The notes under the pieces: generated by a model
Database searches by the model: none
What the model was told of the DNA's origin: nothing
What the model saw: the letters and a program-made list of their open reading frames with translations, nothing else
Made by a program: the position numbers and the translations under genes
Source: Candidatus Latescibacterota bacterium
GTDB lineage: Bacteria > Latescibacterota > UBA2968 > UBA8231
Assembly: GCA_965205655.1 (NCBI GenBank)
Contig: CBDBIJ010000065.1
Span: 1 to 37,977 of the forward strand
DNA length: 37,977 nt
Reading direction: 5' to 3'
Part shown: one piece after another, positions 9,441 through 19,024 of the stretch
How positions within the stretch are numbered: position 1 is the stretch's first letter
How the letters are laid out: the number at the start of each line of letters is the position of its first letter

Positions 9441-9839
9441 ATGAAAGACGTGGTGAAGACGAGTGAGTGCATGATGTGGCAGTCGCCATTACCGAATCGA
9501 CGCAGAATGGGTTTGATGTTTGAAAGGGACATTACGCCCACTGTGAACATCGCCGCCGGCACCGTGGTGCTACCGTCGGGCGAGGAACAGTCCAAGCTCA
9601 GCGTGCACGAGGGGGAGGAGATCTACTACGTTGTCCGTGGCCGAGGGCAATTTGTGCTGGGAGAGCGCGTGGTGGATGTGGAGCAGGGAACCGCCGTGTA
9701 CGTGGCGCCCGGAACCGGCCACCGCGCCATCAACAGCGGGGAGGAGGAGATGGAGTTGTATTGGGTCAACACACCGCCTGTGTTTGGACCGGTGGGTGCG
9801 TACGAGGACCTGATGAAGGAATGGGAGCGCGTCAGATGA
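9441..9839 (+). CDS. Cupin-domain protein
   Basis: HEGEEIYYVVRGRG and GTAVYVAPGTGHRAIN cupin motifs. Confidence 0.88.
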   Translation: MKDVVKTSECMMWQSPLPNRRRMGLMFERDITPTVNIAAGTVVLPSGEEQSKLSVHEGEEIYYVVRGRGQFVLGERVVDVEQGTAVYVAPGTGHRAINSGEEEMELYWVNTPPVFGPVGAYEDLMKEWERVR

Positions 9840-10741
9840 AAGACAAAAGGAAGTCCACTCGCCTCCGTGAGCTCCTGGACCAACCCGAGGTGATCGTCAT
9901 TCCCTGCGCTTATGACTGCCTCTCTCTGCGAATCGTCGAAAGGGCGGGCTTCAAAGCCGCCATGCACGGCGGCTATAACGTGGCGGCGAGTTTTCTGGGT
10001 ATTCCGGACGTCGGGCTGATGACGATGACGGAGATGATGACCTACGCCAGAAACATGGCGGCTGCTGTCGATATCCCGGTGATCTGCGACGTCGACGACG
10101 GGTTTGGAGATGTCGTCAACGTGACTCGGACGACTCGCGAGGCCATCAGGTCCGGTCTGGCAGGGATGTATATCGAGGACCAGGTGTCGCCCAAGAGATG
10201 TGCGGCCCTGGGCGGCAGTGAAGTCATTTCTGCGGAGGCGATGCTGCGCAAACTCAAAGCGGTCAACAAAGTGCGAGAGGAGGAGGATCCTGATTTCGTC
10301 GTCATCGCCCGCACTCATTCGAGTCGCGCCATCGGGATGGCAGAAGCCGTTGCGCGGGGTGTCGCCTATGCCGGGGCCGGCGCCGACATCATCTTCGTGG
10401 ACCCCGGCTATTCCGACGAAGCCCTCGACGAGTTCCGCATCATGGCAAAGGAGATCGGGCCGCACGCGCACCTCATAGCCAACATGACGGAGACCGTCGG
10501 ACGGCCGCTTCTTTCCAGCGAAGAGCTGCACGACATGGGGTTCAAGATTGTCATATACCCCCTGACCGCACTGATGGCGGCGGCAGGTGCAGTGGAGCTG
10601 ATCATGAGGGAACTCTACGACAAGGGCACGACGCGGGCGTTGGTAGACCGGCTGTTGCCTCTAAAGGAGCTGTCTAAACTGACGGGCGTAGAGGCGGTTT
10701 GGGATCTGGAGAAGGAATTGATGTCTGAGGAAACCGGATGA
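9836..10741 (+). CDS. Isocitrate lyase/PEP mutase superfamily C-C lyase (methylisocitrate/dimethylmalate lyase-like)
   Basis: AYDCLS, GIPDVG, DVDDGFG, IEDQ..PKRC, IART, AGADIIF, ANM; ATGA overlap with the cupin gene. Confidence 0.9.
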   Translation: MKDKRKSTRLRELLDQPEVIVIPCAYDCLSLRIVERAGFKAAMHGGYNVAASFLGIPDVGLMTMTEMMTYARNMAAAVDIPVICDVDDGFGDVVNVTRTTREAIRSGLAGMYIEDQVSPKRCAALGGSEVISAEAMLRKLKAVNKVREEEDPDFVVIARTHSSRAIGMAEAVARGVAYAGAGADIIFVDPGYSDEALDEFRIMAKEIGPHAHLIANMTETVGRPLLSSEELHDMGFKIVIYPLTALMAAAGAVELIMRELYDKGTTRALVDRLLPLKELSKLTGVEAVWDLEKELMSEETG

Positions 10742-11796
10742 CGAGTGCCACGGTGAACACATACTCTGCCGATTTCTTGAGATCAGTGGCAAGAGACATT
10801 TTCGTCGCGTGCGGAGCACTGCCCGAGGAAGCAGACATCGTCGCCGAGCATCTGGTAGCCAACAACCTGAGAGGGCTCGATTCGCATGGAGTGGTGAGAA
10901 TCCCCGAATACTACGCGTGGATCGAACAGGGTACGATCAAACCCGGCACCGAGGTTTGTGTGACAGCCGAACAGGGCGGCACTGCCGTTGTCGATTGCGG
11001 ATTCAATTTCGGTCAGGTCGGAGCCCTGCGAGCCGTGGAGGTAGCGATCGAGAAGGCGCGGGAACACAAAATCGCGTGTGTGATCACGCGGCGCTGTAAT
11101 CACGTTGGCCGGCTGGGCTACTTCACTCAGCTGGCGGCCGAGGCAGGTTTCTTCGCTTTGGCAACGGTCAATGTTCCCAAATTCGGACATTTCGTCGTGC
11201 CATTCGGCGGCCGCGAAGGGAGGTTGGGGACCAACCCGATCTCCTACGCCGCGCCTGGCCGCGACTACCCCATCGTCGCCGACATGTGCATGAGCACGTC
11301 ATCGGAGGGGAAGTTGCGGGTTTGCCACAACCAGGGAGTGAATCTGCCGCAGGAGTGGATCATAGACGCAGAGGGAAATCAGAGTGCGGATCCGAAGGAC
11401 TACTACGGCGACCCTCGAGGGTGGATCCTACCTCTGGGAAGTGATCTGGGATACAAAGGGTATGCCCTGGGATTGCTGGTCGAGCTTCTCAGTGGGACAC
11501 TGGCTGGCGAGGACATCACTGAAACACAGGAAGCGATCAACAACGTTTGTTTCATCACAATCGATATCGGCGCCTTCCTGCCCGTTGAACGATTTCGTGA
11601 GCTGAGCGGGGGAATGGTCTCTTATATGAAAGAGACGCCACTCGCCCCGGGCTCCAAGGAAATGAGGTTGCCCGGGGAGCAAGGCTTTCGCGAGTTTGCA
11701 CAGCGGCAGAAGAGCGGAATACCGGTCGACTCAGTCACATGGCAACAGATTGAGGAAACGGCTGACGCACTGAAGGTTCGGATTGCCGAACCGTGA
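10738..11796 (+). CDS. Type-2 malate/L-lactate (Ldh_2) family 2-hydroxyacid dehydrogenase, YbiC/HcxB-like
   Basis: GLDSHGV, FGQV, NHVGRLG, PFGG.EGRLGTNP, KGYALG, PGE; ATGA overlap. Confidence 0.92.
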   Translation: MTSATVNTYSADFLRSVARDIFVACGALPEEADIVAEHLVANNLRGLDSHGVVRIPEYYAWIEQGTIKPGTEVCVTAEQGGTAVVDCGFNFGQVGALRAVEVAIEKAREHKIACVITRRCNHVGRLGYFTQLAAEAGFFALATVNVPKFGHFVVPFGGREGRLGTNPISYAAPGRDYPIVADMCMSTSSEGKLRVCHNQGVNLPQEWIIDAEGNQSADPKDYYGDPRGWILPLGSDLGYKGYALGLLVELLSGTLAGEDITETQEAINNVCFITIDIGAFLPVERFRELSGGMVSYMKETPLAPGSKEMRLPGEQGFREFAQRQKSGIPVDSVTWQQIEETADALKVRIAEP

Positions 11797-11818
11797 TCTC
11801 AGAAGGACTCGGTAGATT

Positions 11819-12775
11819 ATGTCACGATTGCGCGTAGCTGAAGTCGGGACCGGCCCCAAAGGCCGCCAGCACATGAGTATCCTCAACGATTTCGATGATG
11901 TGGAGCTGGTCGCGGTCTGCGATCCAGTAGCCGAGGCCCGCGACGGCGTCGGAGACGAGTTCAATATCTCCAGCCGCTATGCCGCTCTGGATGAGCTGCT
12001 CGACGCTGAGGAACTCGATGCGGTATTCGTGGCCACCCCACCTCAGCTCAATGCACCGTCGGCACAGGTGTGTCTGGAGCATGGCCTTCACATCTTCCTG
12101 GAGAAGCCACCAGGAATGAGCCTGGCCGAGACCACAGCACTGCGCGATACGGCGGTGAAGGCCGGCGTCAAGGGTATGGTCGGTCTCAATCGCCGGTTCC
12201 ATCCCATGATCGCCAGGGCCCGGGATATGGTGGAAGAGCGCGGCCCCATCGTGCAGCTGGTGGGCGAGTTCCACAAAAGCATGACCATGCTGGCAAGGGG
12301 GAGGCGTGGGTCCGTGCCCGAGGTCATGGACAACTGGCTGGTGACCAACGATATCCACGCCGTCGACCTGGTGCGGTTCCTGGCCGGGGCCGACGTCGCT
12401 GAGGTGCACAGCTTTGCGCGGCGCGCGTTCTCGGAGTACCGAGATCTCCACGCCGCGCTCGTCATCTTTGAAAACGACTGCGTTGCCAACTATGCCTTCA
12501 ACTACACGACCGGCTACCGGCTGGAGCGCTACGAGATTCACGGCCGCGACATCTCCGTCTTCCTCGAAGGTGTGAACGAGGGCACGGTATACTGCGACGG
12601 CAAGAGTTACGAGATGCCTCCAGAGGACACCGGAGGAACGGAAGAGGAGCTTCGCTATTTCGTCGACTGCCTGATCGAGGATCGGCCCGTCGAACTTCCG
12701 GCAGCCAATCTGGACGAGGCCGTCAAGACCGTGGCACTCGTCGATGCTATCCGCGGCGGACTAAGGGAAGATTGA
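11819..12775 (+). CDS. Gfo/Idh/MocA family oxidoreductase
   Basis: VGTG Rossmann start, DAVFVATPP, EKP, NRRFHP, IHAVD. Confidence 0.92.
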   Translation: MSRLRVAEVGTGPKGRQHMSILNDFDDVELVAVCDPVAEARDGVGDEFNISSRYAALDELLDAEELDAVFVATPPQLNAPSAQVCLEHGLHIFLEKPPGMSLAETTALRDTAVKAGVKGMVGLNRRFHPMIARARDMVEERGPIVQLVGEFHKSMTMLARGRRGSVPEVMDNWLVTNDIHAVDLVRFLAGADVAEVHSFARRAFSEYRDLHAALVIFENDCVANYAFNYTTGYRLERYEIHGRDISVFLEGVNEGTVYCDGKSYEMPPEDTGGTEEELRYFVDCLIEDRPVELPAANLDEAVKTVALVDAIRGGLRED

Positions 12776-12802
12776 CATTCTCTTACCCCGGCGCTTCGGT
12801 TC

Positions 12803-13111
12803 CTAAGGCAGCTGGAGCGCCGGTTCCTCAGGATCGGGTTTGTAGAGAAGAATAGTGTGACCGAGCACCTGAACGAGATGGGAGTCGGTGGACTGGGACA
12901 GCAGTCGGCCAGCCTCCCTGCGGTCCACCGGGCAGCTGCGCTCGAGGCGAATCTTGATGAGCTCGGAGTTCGAGTAGGCGTCGGTGACCGATGCCAGCAG
13001 AGCATCGGTAATTCCCGCACTGCCCGCGAAGACGGTCGGTCGCAGATGATAGCCCAACCCGCGCAGATATCTCCGCTGCTTCCCTGTCAGGTCCTCCACT
13101 ACCGCAGTCAA
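12803..13111 (-). CDS. yhbY: CRM-domain RNA-binding ribosome assembly protein
   Basis: LTGKQRRYLRGLGYHLRP...GIT...ELIKIR...VQVLGHTILLY. Start uncertain (13111 or 13099). Confidence 0.9.
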   Translation of the reverse strand: MTAVVEDLTGKQRRYLRGLGYHLRPTVFAGSAGITDALLASVTDAYSNSELIKIRLERSCPVDRREAGRLLSQSTDSHLVQVLGHTILLYKPDPEEPALQLP

Positions 13112-13509
13112 TGTACTTCGTACTGAACGTGAACGGCGGAGCGCGAGCCGATACGGCTGCGCACTTCCCGTTTCAGGAACGACTTGAGCAAGTGGCGACT
13201 GCCGGGGATGAGAGCGGCGAAGCCGATGAGATCGGTTATGAAGCCGGGGGTGAGAAGCAGCAGGCCACCGGCGAGAATGAGCACGCCGTCGAAGATCTCT
13301 TCACCCGGAAAGGAGGCGGATGCGAGCTCACGCTGCAGCCGCCTGAGAGCGAGGATGCCCTGTGATCGAGCCAGCCAGGCGCCGGCGGCTCCGGTCAGCA
13401 GCACGAGCGCGACGGTGGGAGCCACGCCGATGTGGCCGCCGATCCGAATGAGCAGAGCGAGCTCGACGACCGGGACGATCGTGAACAGGAGCAGGAGTCG
13501 GAAGAACAC
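13108..13509 (-). CDS. fxsA: FxsA family membrane protein
   Basis: VPVVELALLI.IG..IG, ARSQG, GGLLLLTPGFITDLIG. Confidence 0.92.
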   Translation of the reverse strand: MFFRLLLLFTIVPVVELALLIRIGGHIGVAPTVALVLLTGAAGAWLARSQGILALRRLQRELASASFPGEEIFDGVLILAGGLLLLTPGFITDLIGFAALIPGSRHLLKSFLKREVRSRIGSRSAVHVQYEVH

Positions 13510-13586
13510 GAAATCGAATATATACGGGCGTCAGGGCGGCCGCAAAACGGCCGCAAGGATGGAACCGGAATTGCCATCTACCCCGC

Positions 13587-16034
13587 ATGTCTGCAGCCGG
13601 CGACCGACCATCACGACGACGTCCCGTTTTCTGGGTGGCCCTCTCGTTTGCCGCCGGAATCGCCATCTCCTCCGAGTGCGGTGCCGGCATTCCCGCCCAT
13701 TACCTCTGCATTGCCGCAACGACAGCCTTCGTGGCCGCGGTGGGGGGTATCGTCAGTCGCCTAGACACCGGCAGGCGCGTCTGGAGCCTCATCTTTCTGC
13801 TACTGCCCGCTTCTCTCGGGGCGGCGCGTTACCAGTTGGTGACGGCGATGTATCCGCCAGGACACATCGCCAATCTGAGCACCCTGTTCGGGCAGGAGGG
13901 AATCGTGCGGGGAATCGTCGACGGCGAACCGGAGCATGTCGATGACAAGCAGCGGTTCGTGCTCGAGCTTCAGAGTTTCGAAGCCGAGAGCGGCGAATAC
14001 GCCACCTCCGGCACCCTGCTCGTCACCACACGAGGCATGTCCCTGCACGCGGATCACGCCGACGAGGTGGCGCTGCGCGGAAAGCTGAGGCGTCCGCAGC
14101 CGGCCCGCAATCCGGGGGCCTTCGACTACCGGCGCTTCCTCGAGCTCCGCGGAATTCACGGCCTCCTGTCGCTGCGCCGTGAACGACAGATTATCAGCGT
14201 CACCCCTATCGAGGGACACTGGCTCTACGAAAGGGTCGTGGTGCGGACGCGGGAGGCCGTACGAGGTGCCATCGACGCCAATCTTTCAGGCGAACCAGCC
14301 GGGTTGCTGCGCGGAATTCTGCTCGGTGAGAAGCACGGCATCGGCGATCAGGTACGGGACAATTTTCGCAAGACCGGACTGGCGCATGCTCTCGTCATCA
14401 GCGGTCTTCACGTCGGGTTGGTGGCGCTGTTCTTCTACACCAGTTTCCGCCTCTGCAGACTGTCGGATGCGACCGCGTCGACTGCCACCGTCGTCGTGCT
14501 CGGGGTATACGCCTGTGTGACAGCGCTGCAGGCACCGGTGGTGCGGGCCTCGATCATGGCAGCCGTCGTGCTTGTCGGGCGCGCCATCGGTCGCGACGGC
14601 GAAATCTATAACTCGCTCGGCCTGGCGGCACTCATCATCCTCGCCATCTGGCCGACGAGTCTTCTCACTCTGAGTTTCCAGCTCTCTTTTGCGGCGACGA
14701 TATCGATCGTGGCGCTCCACGATCCGTTGAGAAGCCTCTTCCCGCGTCGATGGAGGCAAGACGAATCTACTCCATTCGCCAAATGGATCGTCTCACCACT
14801 GTGTGTATCGATGGCTGCTCAACTCGGCACCGGGCCGCTCATTGCCGAACACTTCCAGCAGTTCGCGCCGCTGTCGCTCGCCGCCAATCTCATCGTCGTG
14901 CCGCTCCTGGGGCTGGTAGTGAGTCTGGGCCTGCTGGCGGTCCTCGCCGGCCCGTGGCTGCCACTGGCGGGAACCCTGTTCAACGGGGCGAACTATCTGG
15001 TGATGGAAACGCTCACTGCCGCGGTAAACCTGTTCGCCTCAATTCCCTACGCCTCCATCGTCGTGCCGCGACCGGGCCTACTCCCTCTCATCGGCGCCGC
15101 CGCAGCGACAATCCTGCTGGCCCAGGCATGGAACCATATGATAGCACGGAAGGCACTGGCCTATCTATTACTGGTCGGGCTGAATGCGATTGCCTGGGGA
15201 CACCGACTCGAAGCGTCGCGAGATTTGGAGGTCGTCTTTCTGGATGTGGGTCAGGGAGACAGCGCCTTTCTGCAATTTCCCAACGGCGCGACGATGCTCA
15301 TCGACGGCGGCAATCGAAGCCGCTACTTCGACAACGGCAGCCGGGTGGTCGTGCCGTTCCTCAAAGCCCATAATACGCGTGGGGTCGATGTCGTGGTCTC
15401 ATCGCACCCCCACAGCGACCATATCGGGGGCCTGGTGGCCGTCCTCGAGCAGATGCCAGTCAGACACTTCGTCGACAGCGGTCAGGAGTGCGACACCTGG
15501 ACGGCGCGAAGGCTGCGACAGCTCATCCGCGAGAAGGGGATCCAGTACCATCGCGTCGCAGCCGGTGACAGTCTGGCCGGACTGGAAGGTGTGGAGGCGC
15601 TCGTCCTTCACCCCACGGAGGAGTTCGTCGACGCCGCGGGCGCATCACCGCACGGCCTGAACAACGGATCGGTGGTTATGCAGTTCAGGTACGGAAACAC
15701 GAGCCTCATGTTCACGGGCGATGCCGAGGTGGAGACCGACGAACCGATACTCAGGTGGGGAGGGCGACTCGACATCGACATTCTCAAGGTGGCGCACCAC
15801 GGCTCGCCCACCTCGTCGCGGCCGCGTTTCATCGAGGCCCTAAGCCCGACGACATCGGTCGTATCTGTAGGGGAGGTCAACAGCTTCGGCCATCCGTCGG
15901 CAGGCGTGCTGGACCGACTGCAAGCGCGGGGCAGCACGGTGTATCGCACCGATCTCTGTGGCGCCGCGATCGCTCGAATCCGCGGGGATCGAACCGAGTG
16001 GCGGACAATGATCGGCGACTGCGCCAGGCTATGA
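13587..16034 (+). CDS. comEC: DNA internalization competence protein ComEC/Rec2
   Basis: RNPGAFDY, GLAHALVISGLHV, FQLSFAAT; beta-lactamase-fold DVGQGDS, SHPHSDHIGG, KVAHHGS, FGHP, YRTD. Confidence 0.96.
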   Translation: MSAAGDRPSRRRPVFWVALSFAAGIAISSECGAGIPAHYLCIAATTAFVAAVGGIVSRLDTGRRVWSLIFLLLPASLGAARYQLVTAMYPPGHIANLSTLFGQEGIVRGIVDGEPEHVDDKQRFVLELQSFEAESGEYATSGTLLVTTRGMSLHADHADEVALRGKLRRPQPARNPGAFDYRRFLELRGIHGLLSLRRERQIISVTPIEGHWLYERVVVRTREAVRGAIDANLSGEPAGLLRGILLGEKHGIGDQVRDNFRKTGLAHALVISGLHVGLVALFFYTSFRLCRLSDATASTATVVVLGVYACVTALQAPVVRASIMAAVVLVGRAIGRDGEIYNSLGLAALIILAIWPTSLLTLSFQLSFAATISIVALHDPLRSLFPRRWRQDESTPFAKWIVSPLCVSMAAQLGTGPLIAEHFQQFAPLSLAANLIVVPLLGLVVSLGLLAVLAGPWLPLAGTLFNGANYLVMETLTAAVNLFASIPYASIVVPRPGLLPLIGAAAATILLAQAWNHMIARKALAYLLLVGLNAIAWGHRLEASRDLEVVFLDVGQGDSAFLQFPNGATMLIDGGNRSRYFDNGSRVVVPFLKAHNTRGVDVVVSSHPHSDHIGGLVAVLEQMPVRHFVDSGQECDTWTARRLRQLIREKGIQYHRVAAGDSLAGLEGVEALVLHPTEEFVDAAGASPHGLNNGSVVMQFRYGNTSLMFTGDAEVETDEPILRWGGRLDIDILKVAHHGSPTSSRPRFIEALSPTTSVVSVGEVNSFGHPSAGVLDRLQARGSTVYRTDLCGAAIARIRGDRTEWRTMIGDCARL

Positions 16035-16062
16035 CGCAGGCGCGTCAATGATGCGGGCGAAT

Positions 16063-17202
16063 CTATTTTCGCTCGAGCACGTAGATCCGCGGGTAGATGC
16101 CGCCTGTCTCCACGACGCGCACGTGTCTTCGCCGGAACAACTTCAAGCGCTGGTTGGCCCGATCGACGACGCCCCGCTTCCAGGCGATGAACACGAGGCG
16201 TCCCCCCGATGCGAGCAGCTGCGCCGATTGCGCCATGATCTTCGAGTAGAAATCGAAGAAGTTGAGACCGCGGCTCAGTCGGACGCCATAAGGCGGGTTC
16301 GCAACGATGGTGCCGATGCGCTCGTCGCCAAATGTCTGGCTCATTTCGAGCGCATCGCCGCAGGCGACGTGGACTCTATGTGACAGGCCGGCGGCGGCGA
16401 TGTTGCGCGAGGCGCCGTCGACGGCCTCGGAGGAGATGTCGCTGCCGAGAATCTGGAGTCGCGGAAAGAGCTGGGCGGCTTCGATGAGGATCGTACCCGA
16501 ACCGCAGAACGGATCGAGCAGGGCGCCGTCGGCGTCTGCAAGCTCGACTCCATTTGAGTCCATCCTGGCGAAACGGAGCAGTGCGTAGGCCACGTTCGAC
16601 TTCAGGGCAGGCCCGGGGCTGTAGAGTCTGGTAAACCGCTTGCTGAGGGCGTCGTCCGTCAACTGGATGCCGACGATGCACATATCGCCGAAGATGTCGA
16701 CGCGAACGTTCAGCTCGAAGTTGAGGAGATCGACCCGGGTGCCATACCTGGCGTTCAGTGCGGCGCCGGCAACTCGCTGCACGTCCAGGCTGGTGAAGGG
16801 ATGGTCGCCGCTGCGCTTCGTGGTAACACGAAAGCTGTCAGCCGTTTCCATAGCCGATGCGCCCCGTTCCAAAAGTGTCTCGTAGATCGATCCGAGCGGG
16901 TCCGGCGACATCGGTTCGAAGTGAAAGATGTAGAGCGGACGCAGCACATGGTGGACGGAGCGCATGCGCGAGGCGGCCATCCAGGCAGCTTCCGGCGTGG
17001 CCGCAAGGCGCGCCAGCACATGTCCTCCGAAACCAAAAGGCCGCAGCTCCACCGCCGGCTCAGGCAGCTGATGATCTCGCACTTGCGAGCAGAGCTCCTC
17101 GCCGACGATGTCCTCGAGGCCGGGATTCGTCGTAAAAAGGAGGTGAACGGAGGTCGAATCAGAGGCATCGACATCAAGGTGAGAGAGGAGGGGCGGCGAC
17201 AT
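16063..17202 (-). CDS. THUMP-domain RNA guanine-N2 methyltransferase (RlmL/Trm14-like)
   Basis: TNPGLEDI, THUMP-like FRVTTKRSGDHPFTS, LDPFCGSGTILIEA, ANPPYG. Start uncertain. Confidence 0.88.
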   Translation of the reverse strand: MSPPLLSHLDVDASDSTSVHLLFTTNPGLEDIVGEELCSQVRDHQLPEPAVELRPFGFGGHVLARLAATPEAAWMAASRMRSVHHVLRPLYIFHFEPMSPDPLGSIYETLLERGASAMETADSFRVTTKRSGDHPFTSLDVQRVAGAALNARYGTRVDLLNFELNVRVDIFGDMCIVGIQLTDDALSKRFTRLYSPGPALKSNVAYALLRFARMDSNGVELADADGALLDPFCGSGTILIEAAQLFPRLQILGSDISSEAVDGASRNIAAAGLSHRVHVACGDALEMSQTFGDERIGTIVANPPYGVRLSRGLNFFDFYSKIMAQSAQLLASGGRLVFIAWKRGVVDRANQRLKLFRRRHVRVVETGGIYPRIYVLERK

Positions 17203-17231
17203 CACACAGTGCGCCCGTCGGTTCGGGCACG

Positions 17232-18419
17232 TCAACAGTTGGCGACGAGCACGGGAACGAGCATCTCGTCCTGCGAGAGGGCGCCGTGCGCGCCCCGATA
17301 GGCGAAGGTGCCAGAGCCGTAATCGACGAGGACCTGTCGGTCAGCTGAGCTCACTACGAGAAGTTGGCCGACACGGGAGCGAAAGGCGCCCGCGTCCCTG
17401 CCGAACCAGCCGCCGTCGAAGGCGGCATCGGCCTCGACCACACGGATGTCGTCCTGCTGCAGAAGTCGGTGCTCCCTGAGTGCGGCTGGATTGTCGGAGG
17501 CCAGGTAGATCGCTCGCCGACCGCCGCCGGGCGGATATCGCAACTGGCTCGCAATGTCTCGATCAAGAACGATAGCGCGCTCCGGTGACAGCTCGGCCTG
17601 CCCGTGGTCGGCTGTAAAAATGAAGGTGCGGTTGTGTCGTTCGCACACCGCCAACAGCTCCGCTACGACGCGGTCGACGAGCTCCATTTCCAGAGAGTAG
17701 GGATCCTGCGATCTGCGTCCGGACCCGGGTCCATAGGCGTGGGCCAGGGCGTCGACCATGTGCCAGTAGGCGTAGTGGAAAGTGGGGCGATCCCCGGCCA
17801 GCTCGAATGAGTGCTCGAGGAGAAAGGGTATTTCCGAGATGGAGTCGTAGCCCAGAAACGTGGCACCCCTGTGGATCACATTCGAAAAGCCAGTCCCCTC
17901 GTGCGCGGAAGAGCTGATCGCGAACGAACTCACGGACGCGGCCTCGAGCAGTTCGTGAACGGTGGGCACGACACTCACCAGTTCCTCCGAGAGCGGCCGC
18001 GGGTCCTCTCCGTCTGTCGCAAACCTCAGCATGTTGCACAGCGCGCCCACCTCATCCATCCACTGCCTGTGTCCGAGAATGCCGTGCTGCGCCGGTGCGC
18101 ATGCGGTGCTGAGCGATGTGAGTGCGGCCGTCGTCGTGGACGGAAAAACGGAGGTCAGCTGCCGCATTCCGTGAGAGCCCTCCGAAAGACGGCTCAGCGT
18201 CGGAGTGCGACCGGTTTCGAGCACACTGCGCAGCTGAAGCAGGCCGAGGGCGTCGCAGACAAAGAGGACGATGCCGGCGTTGTCGTCGAGCAAGTCGGCA
18301 GGCAGGATGCCGCGCCGACAGACCGGAGAAGGGGGGTCGACACCGAAGGCTTTCAGCACTGAAGCCGAGAGGTTGACGATGCTGCCACCAGCATAGTCGG
18401 GGGTTGTTTCGATGCTCAC
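17232..18419 (-). CDS. Alkaline phosphatase superfamily protein (nucleotide pyrophosphatase/phosphodiesterase-like)
   Basis: PDY...SIVNL, CDALG, SVFPSTT (nucleophile Thr), DALAH.YG, TADHG, GAHG; GTGA overlap with the GNAT stop. Confidence 0.88.
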   Translation of the reverse strand: MSIETTPDYAGGSIVNLSASVLKAFGVDPPSPVCRRGILPADLLDDNAGIVLFVCDALGLLQLRSVLETGRTPTLSRLSEGSHGMRQLTSVFPSTTTAALTSLSTACAPAQHGILGHRQWMDEVGALCNMLRFATDGEDPRPLSEELVSVVPTVHELLEAASVSSFAISSSAHEGTGFSNVIHRGATFLGYDSISEIPFLLEHSFELAGDRPTFHYAYWHMVDALAHAYGPGSGRRSQDPYSLEMELVDRVVAELLAVCERHNRTFIFTADHGQAELSPERAIVLDRDIASQLRYPPGGGRRAIYLASDNPAALREHRLLQQDDIRVVEADAAFDGGWFGRDAGAFRSRVGQLLVVSSADRQVLVDYGSGTFAYRGAHGALSQDEMLVPVLVANC

Positions 18420-19024
18420 AACACTCGTCCTTTGGCCGCCACCGGCAACTCGATCCAATAGCGCAGTTTGTCGACGCTCTCGCCCGGTTTGCGGCCTTCC
18501 ACCTCGAGGATATCGGCGCTCATGGCCATGGCGCTCTCGAACTGCCCACCGTTGCGCTCAATGATCTTCTTGGAGGCATCGTTGTCGGAATCGCAGGTGA
18601 CGAGGATCTTGGCTAGCCCCATTCCCGCGACTTTTTCGACCGCCAGCTCCAGGAGTCTCCCGCCGTAGCCACTCCGACGTTTCGAAGGCCGGATGCTGTA
18701 GCCGATGTGCCCGCCGTACGTGACGAGATACGGAGTGCCGAGCTCGGGGCGAATCGACGTCTGTCCGACATACTCATCCCTGTCGATCAGCCAGAAAACC
18801 TTGTCTTGATAACCGCACTCGCGGACTCGGGACTTCTCGGCCAGTCGTTTTAAGTCCATGACGAAGGCCGCGAAATGGAGCCGAAGCCCCTCTACATCGT
18901 AGCCGAGAAACTCGGCGTAGGTGGAATCGAGGCGTCCCTCCCTCTCGAACTCCGCGGCGCCCTGGAGAAAACTCTCCTCGTAGCGTTCGGAGGGGATGTC
19001 TAAAAAGCAGGCGTGTTCACTCAC
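18416..19024 (-). CDS. GNAT family N-acetyltransferase
   Basis: GGHIGYSIRPSKRRSGYG, LVTCDSDNDASKKIIERNGG, RYWI. Confidence 0.9.
   Translation of the reverse strand: MSEHACFLDIPSERYEESFLQGAAEFEREGRLDSTYAEFLGYDVEGLRLHFAAFVMDLKRLAEKSRVRECGYQDKVFWLIDRDEYVGQTSIRPELGTPYLVTYGGHIGYSIRPSKRRSGYGGRLLELAVEKVAGMGLAKILVTCDSDNDASKKIIERNGGQFESAMAMSADILEVEGRKPGESVDKLRYWIELPVAAKGRVL

Noticed and set aside
13108..16034. fxsA/comEC as an anti-phage defence system
   Set aside because: Both are widespread housekeeping or competence genes, and no defence-type nuclease or ATPase partners are nearby.
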